The notes under the pieces: generated by a model
What the model was told of the DNA's origin: nothing
The model's input: the letters and a program-made list of their open reading frames with translations, nothing else
Database searches by the model: none
Part shown: piece by piece, positions 34,843 through 43,699 of the stretch
Layout: each line of letters begins with the position of its first letter
How positions within the stretch are numbered: the first letter of the stretch is position 1
Translations under genes and position numbers: made by a program
Source of the DNA: Candidatus Saccharimonadota bacterium
GTDB taxonomy: Bacteria > Patescibacteriota > Saccharimonadia > Saccharimonadales > JAXHNE01
Length of the DNA: 64,000 nt
Direction: 5' to 3'
NCBI GenBank assembly: GCA_034520885.1
Contig: JAXHNE010000009.1
Location: 2,431-66,430, forward strand

Positions 34843-35364
34843 ATGATAGCTTTAGTGAGTTTTCGAATCCGTTATAAAATCATTGCCGGACTGAGTATCG
34901 CCGTGCTTTTCGCCCCGTCCGTGGGCGCACAACAAATGACGTCTTCTACCGAACCCGATACTCAAAATCCGCAAAACACGCGAAGCACACAAACGGACTT
35001 GGTAGAAACCGAAAGCGGATTACAGGATTCGTCCGACGCTTCGATATTACATACCGAGGGACGAATCACCGTAGAGGCCGGGGAGCCGCGTGTCGTTGAA
35101 ACGCCGGAACCCGCCGAAAATACCGTGTTTTGGCCCGCAATTATCGGCGCGGCGGGTGTAACGCTTATCGCGGCGGTATTGTTACTGCAAAAAAACAAGC
35201 ACGTCCCGAAAGCGCCGATCCCGAACGAACTACCCGAAGAAAAGCAAAAATCCACCCGCGCCTCGGAGACCAACGATACCCCGGAAAAAACAACCAAGCC
35301 CGAAAAAGTAAAGTCTTCCAAAAAGAAAAAGCGCCGCGCCAAAAAAAGATCCGGCAAAAAATAG
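34843..35364 (+). CDS. hypothetical secreted/anchored protein with Lys-rich tail
   Basis: 173 aa. Signal-like N-terminus, a TM helix near residue 100, and a basic tail ..SSKKKKRRAKKRSGKK. Confidence 0.55.
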   Translation: MIALVSFRIRYKIIAGLSIAVLFAPSVGAQQMTSSTEPDTQNPQNTRSTQTDLVETESGLQDSSDASILHTEGRITVEAGEPRVVETPEPAENTVFWPAIIGAAGVTLIAAVLLLQKNKHVPKAPIPNELPEEKQKSTRASETNDTPEKTTKPEKVKSSKKKKRRAKKRSGKK

Positions 35365-35369
35365 CCGCT

Positions 35370-35552
35370 TTACTCGGGGATGACGTTTTTACCGGCGGGT
35401 TGTGGATTTCGAGTTTCTACGTCGAGTTGATCAATGTATTGTTGCCGGGTTTGTTCGGAATCACCCCGGTACAAACTGACCGCCATGAAACCGATCAGTA
35501 AAAATCCCAAAACGAGAAAAAAGATTACTATTGGCCGTGGCAGTTCTTTCAT
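35370..35552 (-). CDS. small single-TM hypothetical protein
   Basis: 60 aa. MKELPRPIVIFFLVLGFLLIGFMAVSLY. No homology recognised. Confidence 0.4.
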   Translation of the reverse strand: MKELPRPIVIFFLVLGFLLIGFMAVSLYRGDSEQTRQQYIDQLDVETRNPQPAGKNVIPE

Positions 35553-35615
35553 GGGTTATTAAATATCTTTGCTTATTACTTTTTGCTACACTTAAGCATA
35601 AGTATAGAAGGTTTT

Positions 35616-37859
35616 ATGCCAAAGCAAAAGAATACACCCCCACCAGAGGAAGACAAGCGTAAAGAACTAGAAGAAAAGATCGACGAAATGCTCGATCCGC
35701 GCCGCCCTGACCGACCCGAGATCAAGGTCGTGGGTGACGACGCCAAAGAAAAAGCGACCGATGATAAACTCCCGACCAAAATCGAAATAAAAAATGACGG
35801 TAAAACCAAGAAAGCGGGTAAAAAAAGTAAAAAGAACCAAAAAGAAGACGGCGCGAAGAGCGAGGAGCCGAGCGGGGCACCGGAGGTTTCTTCCAAAAAG
35901 ACCGCGGTAACGGAGCGTCGGGAGGACGAACCCGAAAGCGACGAAACTCCCGATCCGGCCGAGGATGGCGATGATAGCCAAGAAACCGGGCAATCGGAAG
36001 AGGAGACGGAAAGCCCGGAAGAGGAAGCTGACGAGGAAGCGTCAACGGAGGACACCCCCGACGAAAAAGAGCCCGAAGAAAATCCGGACGAAGAACCCGA
36101 AACTCCCGCCACTGATTCGGAGGCTACCGAGTCCAAAGACGATAAGAACGATAAGCCGGCCGCCAATCCGGCGCTTGACGAAGCGGTGGACGACATCGCC
36201 AAAGAGGAAAGCGATAAGCTGCTGGAAAGCACCGATACGTCGGAGTCCAGCGAGTCCAAACCCGCCAAAACCCCTTTCCGTGCCCGCCTAAAAGCTTTTT
36301 TTAAGGCTTGGTGGCATAACAAATATGCTCGGTACGGGACGATTTGCGTACTGTTATTATTGCTGGCGGCCGGGGCGATCATTCCGACTTCACGCTATTT
36401 CGTGCTTAACACGCTGGGGGTGCGTAGCAGCGCATCGGTCAAGGTGTTCGACCAAAGCACCCTGCAGCCATTAAAAAACGTGACGGTGGAAATAAACGGC
36501 GTACGGGCCAAAACCGACATTGACGGCGTGGCCAACGTGGGACACATCAAACTCGGCAAAACTGATTTGTTAATTACGAAACGGGCTTTCAGTAGCATTG
36601 AACGGCCTCTTACCGTGGGGTGGGGAAGCAATCCGTTGCCGGACGAACGGCTCACCCCGGTGGGCGCGCAGTACGAGTTTTTGGTAACCGATTACGTATC
36701 TGGCGAGCCCGTGCAAGGCGTAGAGGCGGTAAGCGGCGAAGAAGCCAGTGCGCTTTCCAATGAAAACGGGGAAATAAAACTTACCCTGGATATGCCGGAC
36801 GAACAATTCGAAGTGCAAATTATCGGCGAAGAATTCCGGAACGAAACACTCACCATGAACGCCGAAGACGAAGACGTTCGAAAGCTAGAGCTGGTGCCCG
36901 ACAAAAAACACGCCTTCGTATCCCGCCGCGACGGCACATACGATATATATTCGGCCTACGCCAATGGCCAGGATGAACAATTACTTTTGAAAGGTAGCGG
37001 CGAAGAGCGCGAAGACATAACGCTCGTACCGCATCCGTCCCGTGACGTTGCCGCGTTGGTATCGACGCGCAGTGGGAAGCGAAACGATGACGGGTATCAA
37101 CTCAGTACACTGACCATTCTAAACGTTAAGGACTCCGGTGATCCGAAAACCGTGGTTGATTCCGAACGAATTCAAATTATCGGCTGGCAAAACGAACGCT
37201 TGGTCTTCGTGCAAATTCGATCCGGCACCAGTGCGGCGAACCCCAAGAGGCACCAACTAAAAACCTACAATCTTGAACAAGAAGTGGTCGCCGAGCTGGC
37301 CAGTGCGAATTATTTTAATGACGTCATGCTGGCCAATGACGTGCTGTTGTTCGCGCCTTCCAGTGCTTACGCCAAAGAACCGGCCGCCTTATACCGGATT
37401 AATCCCGATGGTTCCGATCAACGGATCGTGCACCCCAACGAGGTTTGGAGCATGTTCCGCAACACCTACGAAAATGTCATTTACACCACCGGAAGCCGCG
37501 ACTGGTTCGATCTGGACTTGAACAGTCTTTCTACCGGCCAACGCGAAGGGGAGCCGAACCAGTACGACTCACGAGTATACGTGGATAGTCCCGATGGCAC
37601 GAAAAGTTTGCGCGTGGAAAACCGCGACGGGAAAGGAAACTTACTGGTGTATAACAAGGAGAGTGGCGAAGAAAATTCCGTTGCCGAAATGGGCGGCCTT
37701 CGGCAGCCAGCGATGTGGTTGAATAATTCCACGGTGGTCTTTCGGGTAAAAACCGACGCGGAAACCGCGGATTATGTGGCGAGTTTGCGCGGGGGTGAGG
37801 CGAAGAAGTTGGTTGATGTGACTGACGCGGCCGGGTTAGAGCGCTGGTACTACTACTAG
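35616..37859 (+). CDS. membrane-anchored surface protein: disordered acidic/Lys-rich N-terminus, TM helix, CarboxypepD_reg-like and TolB/beta-propeller-like region
   Basis: I set the start at ATG 35616 (MPKQKNTPPPEE..). Low-complexity E/D/K/P region to about aa 215, TM helix (ICVLLLLLAAGAIIP), then repeated beta-rich segments (..DGTYDIYSAYANG.., ..SPDGTKSLRVENRDGKGNLLVY..). Confidence 0.7.
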   Translation: MPKQKNTPPPEEDKRKELEEKIDEMLDPRRPDRPEIKVVGDDAKEKATDDKLPTKIEIKNDGKTKKAGKKSKKNQKEDGAKSEEPSGAPEVSSKKTAVTERREDEPESDETPDPAEDGDDSQETGQSEEETESPEEEADEEASTEDTPDEKEPEENPDEEPETPATDSEATESKDDKNDKPAANPALDEAVDDIAKEESDKLLESTDTSESSESKPAKTPFRARLKAFFKAWWHNKYARYGTICVLLLLLAAGAIIPTSRYFVLNTLGVRSSASVKVFDQSTLQPLKNVTVEINGVRAKTDIDGVANVGHIKLGKTDLLITKRAFSSIERPLTVGWGSNPLPDERLTPVGAQYEFLVTDYVSGEPVQGVEAVSGEEASALSNENGEIKLTLDMPDEQFEVQIIGEEFRNETLTMNAEDEDVRKLELVPDKKHAFVSRRDGTYDIYSAYANGQDEQLLLKGSGEEREDITLVPHPSRDVAALVSTRSGKRNDDGYQLSTLTILNVKDSGDPKTVVDSERIQIIGWQNERLVFVQIRSGTSAANPKRHQLKTYNLEQEVVAELASANYFNDVMLANDVLLFAPSSAYAKEPAALYRINPDGSDQRIVHPNEVWSMFRNTYENVIYTTGSRDWFDLDLNSLSTGQREGEPNQYDSRVYVDSPDGTKSLRVENRDGKGNLLVYNKESGEENSVAEMGGLRQPAMWLNNSTVVFRVKTDAETADYVASLRGGEAKKLVDVTDAAGLERWYYY

Positions 37860-37870
37860 AAGCACACACC

Positions 37871-37917
37871 GCAGTGGCCTGCTTGACGAGCAAAGCTCGT
37901 AACCCGCCACTGCTTTT
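37871..37917 (+). terminator. intrinsic terminator (nested hairpin + T-tract)
   Basis: GCAGTGGC..ACGAGC-aaa-GCTCGT..GCCACTGC followed by TTTT, 12 nt after the stop of the 35616-37859 gene. Confidence 0.7.
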
Positions 37918-38073
37918 GGCGCCGGAGTACAATTTTTTGCTGAGTATACTCCCTCACCGTATCCATATACGGCTCAGTCCGTTTCTCGCAAAGAAATTGC
38001 ACCCGGCATCCAAATGTGTGCCTCTAGTGAGACTACAAGGTTTTTTGCTCGGGCTGCTCACCTCCCGATTGGT

Positions 38074-38108
38074 ATCCCTTAAAGTAAAATGAATTTACTT
38101 TAAGGGAT
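38074..38108. other. 15-bp-stem perfect hairpin
   Basis: ATCCCTTAAAGTAAA-atgaa-TTTACTTTAAGGGAT, inside a 425-bp non-coding spacer. Confidence 0.9.
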
Positions 38109-38248
38109 TATTAAGTAAAGATTATCGCGTCTATCGACTAAGCGACACTCCTGCCAAGGAAGACATTTTTCTTTGGCTGCTCCTTCCTGAATGCGGACAA
38201 AGTTTTTTTAAAGTGAATTTGAAAACTTTCGTACGCCGTGGTTTTGAT

Positions 38249-38290
38249 AATAATACTAGAATTAATACTAGTATTAATTCTAGTATTATT
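38249..38290. repeat. 42-bp perfect AT-rich palindrome
   Basis: AATAATACTAGAATTAATACTAGTATTAATTCTAGTATTATT is its own reverse complement, centred on ACTAGT. It overlaps the stop codon (38286-38288) of the minus-strand gene. Confidence 0.95.
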
Positions 38291-39125
38291 TGAGCCTAAT
38301 AATGGTTAATTTTCCGTCACTTCGTAGGTGGGAACGGAAGACCCGGTTACGTAATTTATACGCTTCGCCGACCATGATATTACGAACTCTTTTCACTAAA
38401 CCGGTTTTTTTGAGTGACTTGACGATAAGATTCCGTTCGGCATCGGTATCCGGGTGCACGCTGTGCGTGAACTGGGCGTTATGCCGTATGAACCCGATAC
38501 CGATATCCCGGGAGGCGGCGCCCAGCCATAGTTGATCCCGCGGGGCTTTTCGTTTTTTTCCGTGTACCAGTTCGTCCCAAAAATCCAGGTGAGCACGATG
38601 TTCTTTGCTGAGCGTTGGTCCGGCCAGCCAAAACCGAACGTGATGACGGGTGTGCGGGCTGTCCCCGACGGGGAGCTGAAACCCAATATCCTGTTTGCGG
38701 CCAAACAAATACAAGTAGCTGAAGGGAGCGGTAAGGTACTTTTTCCGGAAAATGACGGAGTAAACCAACCGGGCAATGCTTTTTACGGTTCTTCTGTCCG
38801 ATCCGTACCAGCCCGCCTTTTTCATGGCGCGCGTAACTTGTTCTTTACTTCCCACGAGTCCGATATTAATAGGGTCGGAGGCAAATCCGTCGCCCGTAAC
38901 GCAGTAATGGGGAATGTGCTTGGGGCGTACGAAAAAACGTACCAAACGCAACAAAGCCGGGATGAGCACATAAGCGGCCAGTACGTAAGCGAACAATATT
39001 GCCAAAACCGCGGGAAGGCGTTGGTCGAAAAACGGAAAAACGCCCGTGGTAGCGAAATAGGCGACGACTAACCCGGGTAACAAAACAATGAATCGTTTAA
39101 ATATGCGTACAAAACCGTGGATCAT
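38286..39125 (-). CDS. LssY-C-terminal-like membrane protein
   Basis: I trimmed the track ORF to ATG 39125 (MIHGFVRIF..) to avoid overlap with the divergent gene. Two N-terminal TM helices, then ..DPINIGLVGSKEQVTRAMKKAGW..FGRKQDIGFQ..RHHVRFW.. resembling the LssY_C family. Confidence 0.5.
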   Translation of the reverse strand: MIHGFVRIFKRFIVLLPGLVVAYFATTGVFPFFDQRLPAVLAILFAYVLAAYVLIPALLRLVRFFVRPKHIPHYCVTGDGFASDPINIGLVGSKEQVTRAMKKAGWYGSDRRTVKSIARLVYSVIFRKKYLTAPFSYLYLFGRKQDIGFQLPVGDSPHTRHHVRFWLAGPTLSKEHRAHLDFWDELVHGKKRKAPRDQLWLGAASRDIGIGFIRHNAQFTHSVHPDTDAERNLIVKSLKKTGLVKRVRNIMVGEAYKLRNRVFRSHLRSDGKLTIIRLK

Positions 39126-39140
39126 TGTTACTAGGATACA

Positions 39141-39965
39141 ATGAAACCCATGATTGTGAACAAAATTCAACGAGCGGCGTTACGTGAAAACATTACGCGT
39201 TGGCGAAAAGCCCCTCGCCGTATGCCGTGGCGCGAACCGGAGGCCGACGGGAAGCTCGACCCGTATAAAATTTTGGTGTCGGAACTCATGCTGCAGCAAA
39301 CGCGGGTCGGACGGGTCGCCACTAAGTTCGAGGTTTTTTTACGGCGTTTTCCGAACGTGACCGAGTTGGCGCGGGCGCCGCTGTCGGACGTTTTAAAGCT
39401 GTGGAGCGGATTGGGCTATAATCGGCGTGCCAAGTACCTACACGAGGCCGCAAAACGGCTCAAAGACCACCAACACCCGTGGACGAAGCAGCAGCTGACC
39501 GACTGCAAAGGAATTGGCGAGAACACCGCCAAAGCGATTCGCGTCTACGCCTATAACGCACCCGAAGTATTTATCGAAACCAACATTCGTAGCGTATTCA
39601 TCCACCACTTTTTCAAAGAGCAAGATGACATTGGCGACGAATCGGTCAAGCGGTTACTCGCGGAGGTGCTTGACAGGAAAGATCCGCGTTCTTTTTACTG
39701 GGCATTAATGGATTACGGAACGCACATAAAATCCACCTTCGGGAACAATATCGGGCGTAGTAAAACTCATAAAAAACAATCACCGTTCAAAGGCTCCCGC
39801 CGCCAGATTAGGGGGTTAGTGCTGCGTTCACTCGGAAAATCGCCCAAAACCCGGAACGGCTTGGCACGGGAAGCGGCCGATGACCGCACGAAAGGAGTAA
39901 TTGACGATTTGCTGCGCGAAGGCCTGATTTGCCGGTATGGGCGGAAATTAAAACTTGCAAAATGA
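39141..39965 (+). CDS. HhH-GPD DNA glycosylase (MutY/Nth-like; no Fe-S Cys cluster visible)
   Basis: 274 aa. ..YKILVSELMLQQTRVGRVATKFEVFLRRFPNVTELA..LWSGLGYNRRAKYLHEAA.. is MutY-like, but the C-x6-C-x2-C-x5-C loop is absent. Confidence 0.7.
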   Translation: MKPMIVNKIQRAALRENITRWRKAPRRMPWREPEADGKLDPYKILVSELMLQQTRVGRVATKFEVFLRRFPNVTELARAPLSDVLKLWSGLGYNRRAKYLHEAAKRLKDHQHPWTKQQLTDCKGIGENTAKAIRVYAYNAPEVFIETNIRSVFIHHFFKEQDDIGDESVKRLLAEVLDRKDPRSFYWALMDYGTHIKSTFGNNIGRSKTHKKQSPFKGSRRQIRGLVLRSLGKSPKTRNGLAREAADDRTKGVIDDLLREGLICRYGRKLKLAK

Positions 39966-39989
39966 TTATGCTAAAATCACGCATAGACT

Positions 39990-40502
39990 ATGCCGGAAAA
40001 CGACGATAACCAACAAGCCGATCAAGAGCCCATAGATGACGTGAAGCCACGAGCGCCGGACGCGGCTTCGAACGGCGCGGAATTTTCCGATGATCTTGGC
40101 TCCCAACCTTTTCCCCCGAAAGATTCCACCCAAAGTTCCCAAAACGCCCAAGAATCACAAAACCAAGAAGGCGTTGATCAACGACCGAAAGTTGCCAGGC
40201 AACCGGTAACACCGCCCCCGGACGGGTCGGCGGAAACCGAACGGGCCGCACCGCCGCCTTCCTCGGAGCCGCCCACGACCGATCCACTTCCAAAAGTCAC
40301 CAGCGACGTGCCGACTGGTACGTCGAGTGAAAAAGAGCCACCCGCGAAGGCCGGGAAAGACGCTCCCCAAAAATCACAAGATCACGGAACTCACCACTCA
40401 AGCACCAAAAGCACGCGGCACGTGGGTCTGGCCATTTTTATCGGGCTGGTCGGCGCGGCATTATGCGGGTTCGTGGTGTTTGTCTACATCACGACAAACT
40501 GA
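39990..40502 (+). CDS. tail-anchored, Pro/Ser/Gln-rich disordered hypothetical protein
   Basis: 170 aa low-complexity protein ending in a TM helix (GLAIFIGLVGAALCGFVVFVYI). Confidence 0.5.
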   Translation: MPENDDNQQADQEPIDDVKPRAPDAASNGAEFSDDLGSQPFPPKDSTQSSQNAQESQNQEGVDQRPKVARQPVTPPPDGSAETERAAPPPSSEPPTTDPLPKVTSDVPTGTSSEKEPPAKAGKDAPQKSQDHGTHHSSTKSTRHVGLAIFIGLVGAALCGFVVFVYITTN

Positions 40503-40745
40503 ACTTCGCTTAGAAAAACGCAAAGCTACCACTCGTATAACATCATTTATGCTATGTGCAGAAAAAATGTGCGATAAATAGTTAAATACCGAAAAATGAT
40601 GGTTTCAACGGAGTTCCCAGCTAATAACCCAAGCGCACTCTTTCGAGTATTTGCGAAAATTCCAACCGATTATGATACCCGTTGTTCATTCTTTAAACAA
40701 AAATTAGACAATTAAGAGTCGGTTTTTTTAGGTGTGTTTTCCTGG

Positions 40746-41342
40746 CTAGTTACCAGTCGGTACATTACCCAGTATCCAAGGAATTATTTTTTCATCCGCC
40801 TCACGATCGTCAGCAATATTAAAAACTTTTCCGAAATTATTAATAAAGCCAGAGTAACGTTCAATGTCATCAAGATCCCGCTTAACAAAAGGGAGTCTGT
40901 TTTTTATAATTTCAGTGGTATCTCTACGTTGAGTCATTCTTTGTTCTATCTTGGTTAAAAAATCTTGACTGCAAGATAGACCTACGAAAAGCGTGTTTGT
41001 CGTTGATAAGTTGCGAAGAAAGCAGGGTGAAACATCAACGAGAGTATTATAATTTTTGGACGTGAAATCTTGTTTGCGATAACCATAATTGTAGCCTGCA
41101 AAACTCTCATCAATGAAAAAGCTACCCTCGTTTTTTAACTTCTTGTATTCTTCGCTGCTTACAAAGATTCTATTAATCGCTACATGTTCCTCGTTAGTGC
41201 GCTTAGGCCGCGTCGTGACTATGTTAGCGTGCCTAAAGTCAGCGGGTTTGAGTTCGATAAGTTTTTTGGAAATATAGGTTTTACCAATACCGGATGGTCC
41301 GGCTAGCACGATCGTCTTGTAGTTTAATATATTGTGGGTCAT
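40746..41342 (-). CDS. P-loop kinase, guanylate-kinase-like
   Basis: 198 aa. Walker A LAGPSGIGKTY, ..VTTRPKRTNEEHVAINRIFVSSEEYKKL.. and ..GYNYGY.. resemble Gmk. The region is AT-richer. Confidence 0.55.
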   Translation of the reverse strand: MTHNILNYKTIVLAGPSGIGKTYISKKLIELKPADFRHANIVTTRPKRTNEEHVAINRIFVSSEEYKKLKNEGSFFIDESFAGYNYGYRKQDFTSKNYNTLVDVSPCFLRNLSTTNTLFVGLSCSQDFLTKIEQRMTQRRDTTEIIKNRLPFVKRDLDDIERYSGFINNFGKVFNIADDREADEKIIPWILGNVPTGN

Positions 41343-41439
41343 GTACCGTTCAGTATAGAGGATAATTAGTGGAATAGTAGTGTTGAATATTATATAATAG
41401 TAGGTATGGTATTAAAGCGTGACGTGCTAGAGTTTTTCT

Positions 41440-42711
41440 ATGTCCTACAAGAATGAAACACAACCCCAACCCTCTTTTATGCCAGAACTCGTTGAAGTCG
41501 TTGACCTAGATTCAGGCCACATTGCCGTAGAAAAGCCTGAGCATGATTTGCTTCATTCGGATTCAGAGCACGGAGTATTACCAACCGGGCAGGTGTCTGA
41601 AGTGCTCATCGCGCGCGAATCAGGACCATGTGGCGGTGTAAGGGCTTCGATTCTTGGAACCATGGGTGTTCATTCTGCTCACGGGGAAGAGACTCCCGTT
41701 AAAATTAATTCAAAGCCCACCAACGGTGCGGACTCTAATGCTCAATTTGCAAAATTAGGGATAGAATTCGATATAGATACCAACACACTACAGCCAGGGG
41801 ATACCTTTATGATTTCAGCCCATGGCAACCCCAAACAGCTCAAAGAAGCTAAAGACAGAGATAGTGTTACCGTATATGACTCAACCTGTATCTTTGTGGA
41901 AACTACTCACCGCGAGATTAGAACTGCTGCAGAGAGGGCTTGGCAAGAAAACAAGAAAACAGGAGTGATTTATTTGAGTATAGGGGGGCGTCCGGATCAT
42001 GCTGAATTTGTTGGAACAACTGAATTAATGGAGTCATTGGACGTGCCATATATAGCAATTCACGACCGTGATGAAATTGAAAACTTACGGGGCATTTCTG
42101 ATCTAGCAGACTGGGAAAGGGTCAGAATAGTAAGCCAGACTACGAATAATGCCGAAGAAGCCGTTAAGCTAGCTGAGAGCACCAGGCTTTTGCTTAGAGA
42201 TACTTATCCTGAGATTGACACCGAAACGTTTCCTTTTAATGAGCGTGATATTTGCCGCACCGTCACGGATAGACAGAATGCGGTCAGGGAGATGGTTGGC
42301 CTTGGTGTTGATTGTTTGGTTATAGTGGGATCAGTAAATTCAAAAAACACTAAATCACTTGTTGATGTTGGGATTGATGAAGCAAAAAAGAGAGTAGCTG
42401 CTGGTGAGGATGTTTCGCTATCGAGGGTCATTCTCGTAAACAGCTTTGGGCAACTTCCGCGAGATATTGTTGGTCGCGTCGGCATTGCTTCGGGCGCATC
42501 TACCCTAGATTTAAACGTACGAGGAGTTGCTGATTTTTTAAATGCATCGCAGCAACCAGAGGAAATAGGTGAAAGTGACAGAGATCGTAAAGCAACGGAT
42601 ATTTTCCCGCCAGTACACGCTAACCGAGATCCTCTGCAGGCCCGACTCGCACAGTTAATTCTTGAACAAGCTGCATTAAATAGAGAAAACTATAATGTCA
42701 CAAGAAGATAG
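41440..42711 (+). CDS. ispH: 4-hydroxy-3-methylbut-2-enyl diphosphate reductase (IspH/LytB) homologue with ~60-aa N-terminal and C-terminal extensions
   Basis: Three cluster Cys in family context (..SGPCGGVRASI.., ..YDSTCIFVETTH.., ..RDICRTVTDRQNAV..), plus SAHGN, HAEFVGT, VSQTTNN and VGSVNSKNTKSL. Confidence 0.75.
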   Translation: MSYKNETQPQPSFMPELVEVVDLDSGHIAVEKPEHDLLHSDSEHGVLPTGQVSEVLIARESGPCGGVRASILGTMGVHSAHGEETPVKINSKPTNGADSNAQFAKLGIEFDIDTNTLQPGDTFMISAHGNPKQLKEAKDRDSVTVYDSTCIFVETTHREIRTAAERAWQENKKTGVIYLSIGGRPDHAEFVGTTELMESLDVPYIAIHDRDEIENLRGISDLADWERVRIVSQTTNNAEEAVKLAESTRLLLRDTYPEIDTETFPFNERDICRTVTDRQNAVREMVGLGVDCLVIVGSVNSKNTKSLVDVGIDEAKKRVAAGEDVSLSRVILVNSFGQLPRDIVGRVGIASGASTLDLNVRGVADFLNASQQPEEIGESDRDRKATDIFPPVHANRDPLQARLAQLILEQAALNRENYNVTRR

Positions 42712-43699
42712 TATAGCTTCACGCAAGGGAGAGCATATAAAGTGGTGCTTAGATCCGCACTCTCAAGGGCTGGTTGAGCCGTTTTCTAACATAATCGTGC
42801 CTTATAAATCCTTGCCAGAAATCGACATGCACCAGGTAGACACCTCGGTAAAGCTTTTCGGGAAACAGCTTTCCCAGCCACTTATTATCTCTTCAATGAC
42901 CGGAGGTACAAAGCACGGGATAGACATTAATACGAATCTTGCAAAAGCGGCAGAGTCAGAAAAAATAGCGATAGGGGTTGGTTCACAGCGAATTGCTCTG
43001 GAAAAACCAGCCGCAGTAGAAACTTTCAAAGTAATACGAAAATATGCACCGACTGCTTTTGTGTTTGCGAACATGGGAGCCGTACAACTTAATTATGGCT
43101 ATACAGCAAAGGAGTATCAAAAAGTTATCGATATGATTCAAGCCGACGCGCTTTATTTACACATCAATCCACTTCAGGAGGCAGTACAACCTGAAGGCGA
43201 TACGGATTGGCGAGGGTTGATAGACAAAATAGCTGAAGTCGTAAAAAGGGTAGATGTCCCAGTTGTCGTCAAAGAGGTAGGTCATGGGATTGACACCGAG
43301 ACTGCAAAGGCTTTACTGCAGGTTGGCGTCAGTGGCTTGGATGTTGCGGGCGTAAGCGGGACTTCTTACGCCTGGGTAGAGGCAAAAAGGGCCCGTAATC
43401 AGGATTTTGCAAATTGGTTCAAGGATATTGGTATTAAAACGGAAGATGCAATAAATCAGCTTGCGTCCATTAAATCTGAGCGTACAATTTTAATTGCCTC
43501 GGGAGGCCTTAGATCGCCAGTACAGGGGTACAAAGCCAAGATGTGTGGAGCAGATTTCTATGCTTCAACACAACCATTTCTTGATGCGGCGCTCAAGAAC
43601 AGCGAAGAAGTCGTTAGAGAAATACAAAACTGGCAAAAAGGCTTGCAAATTACCCAATTTGTTTCAGGTAAAAAAACCTGGGAATCTATTTCTTCTTAG
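42695..43699 (+). CDS. fni: type 2 isopentenyl-diphosphate delta-isomerase (FMN-dependent)
   Basis: 334 aa. ..RKGEHIKWCL.., ..ISSMTGG.., ..VVVKEVGHGI.., ..ASGGLRSP... Overlaps ispH by 17 nt. Confidence 0.8.
   Translation: MSQEDSIASRKGEHIKWCLDPHSQGLVEPFSNIIVPYKSLPEIDMHQVDTSVKLFGKQLSQPLIISSMTGGTKHGIDINTNLAKAAESEKIAIGVGSQRIALEKPAAVETFKVIRKYAPTAFVFANMGAVQLNYGYTAKEYQKVIDMIQADALYLHINPLQEAVQPEGDTDWRGLIDKIAEVVKRVDVPVVVKEVGHGIDTETAKALLQVGVSGLDVAGVSGTSYAWVEAKRARNQDFANWFKDIGIKTEDAINQLASIKSERTILIASGGLRSPVQGYKAKMCGADFYASTQPFLDAALKNSEEVVREIQNWQKGLQITQFVSGKKTWESISS

Noticed and set aside
35576-36382. 268-aa Ser-rich ORF on the minus strand
   Set aside because: It is the antisense shadow of the E/D/K-rich low-complexity N-terminus of the 35616-37859 gene. 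It has extreme composition, no start context, and lies fully inside a better-supported CDS.
40560-40700. 47-codon minus-strand ORF (MNNGYHNRLEFSQILERVRLGLL..) in the spacer before the Gmk-like gene
   Set aside because: Below any reasonable length threshold, no RBS, and no recognisable similarity. Possibly a gene remnant but unsupported.
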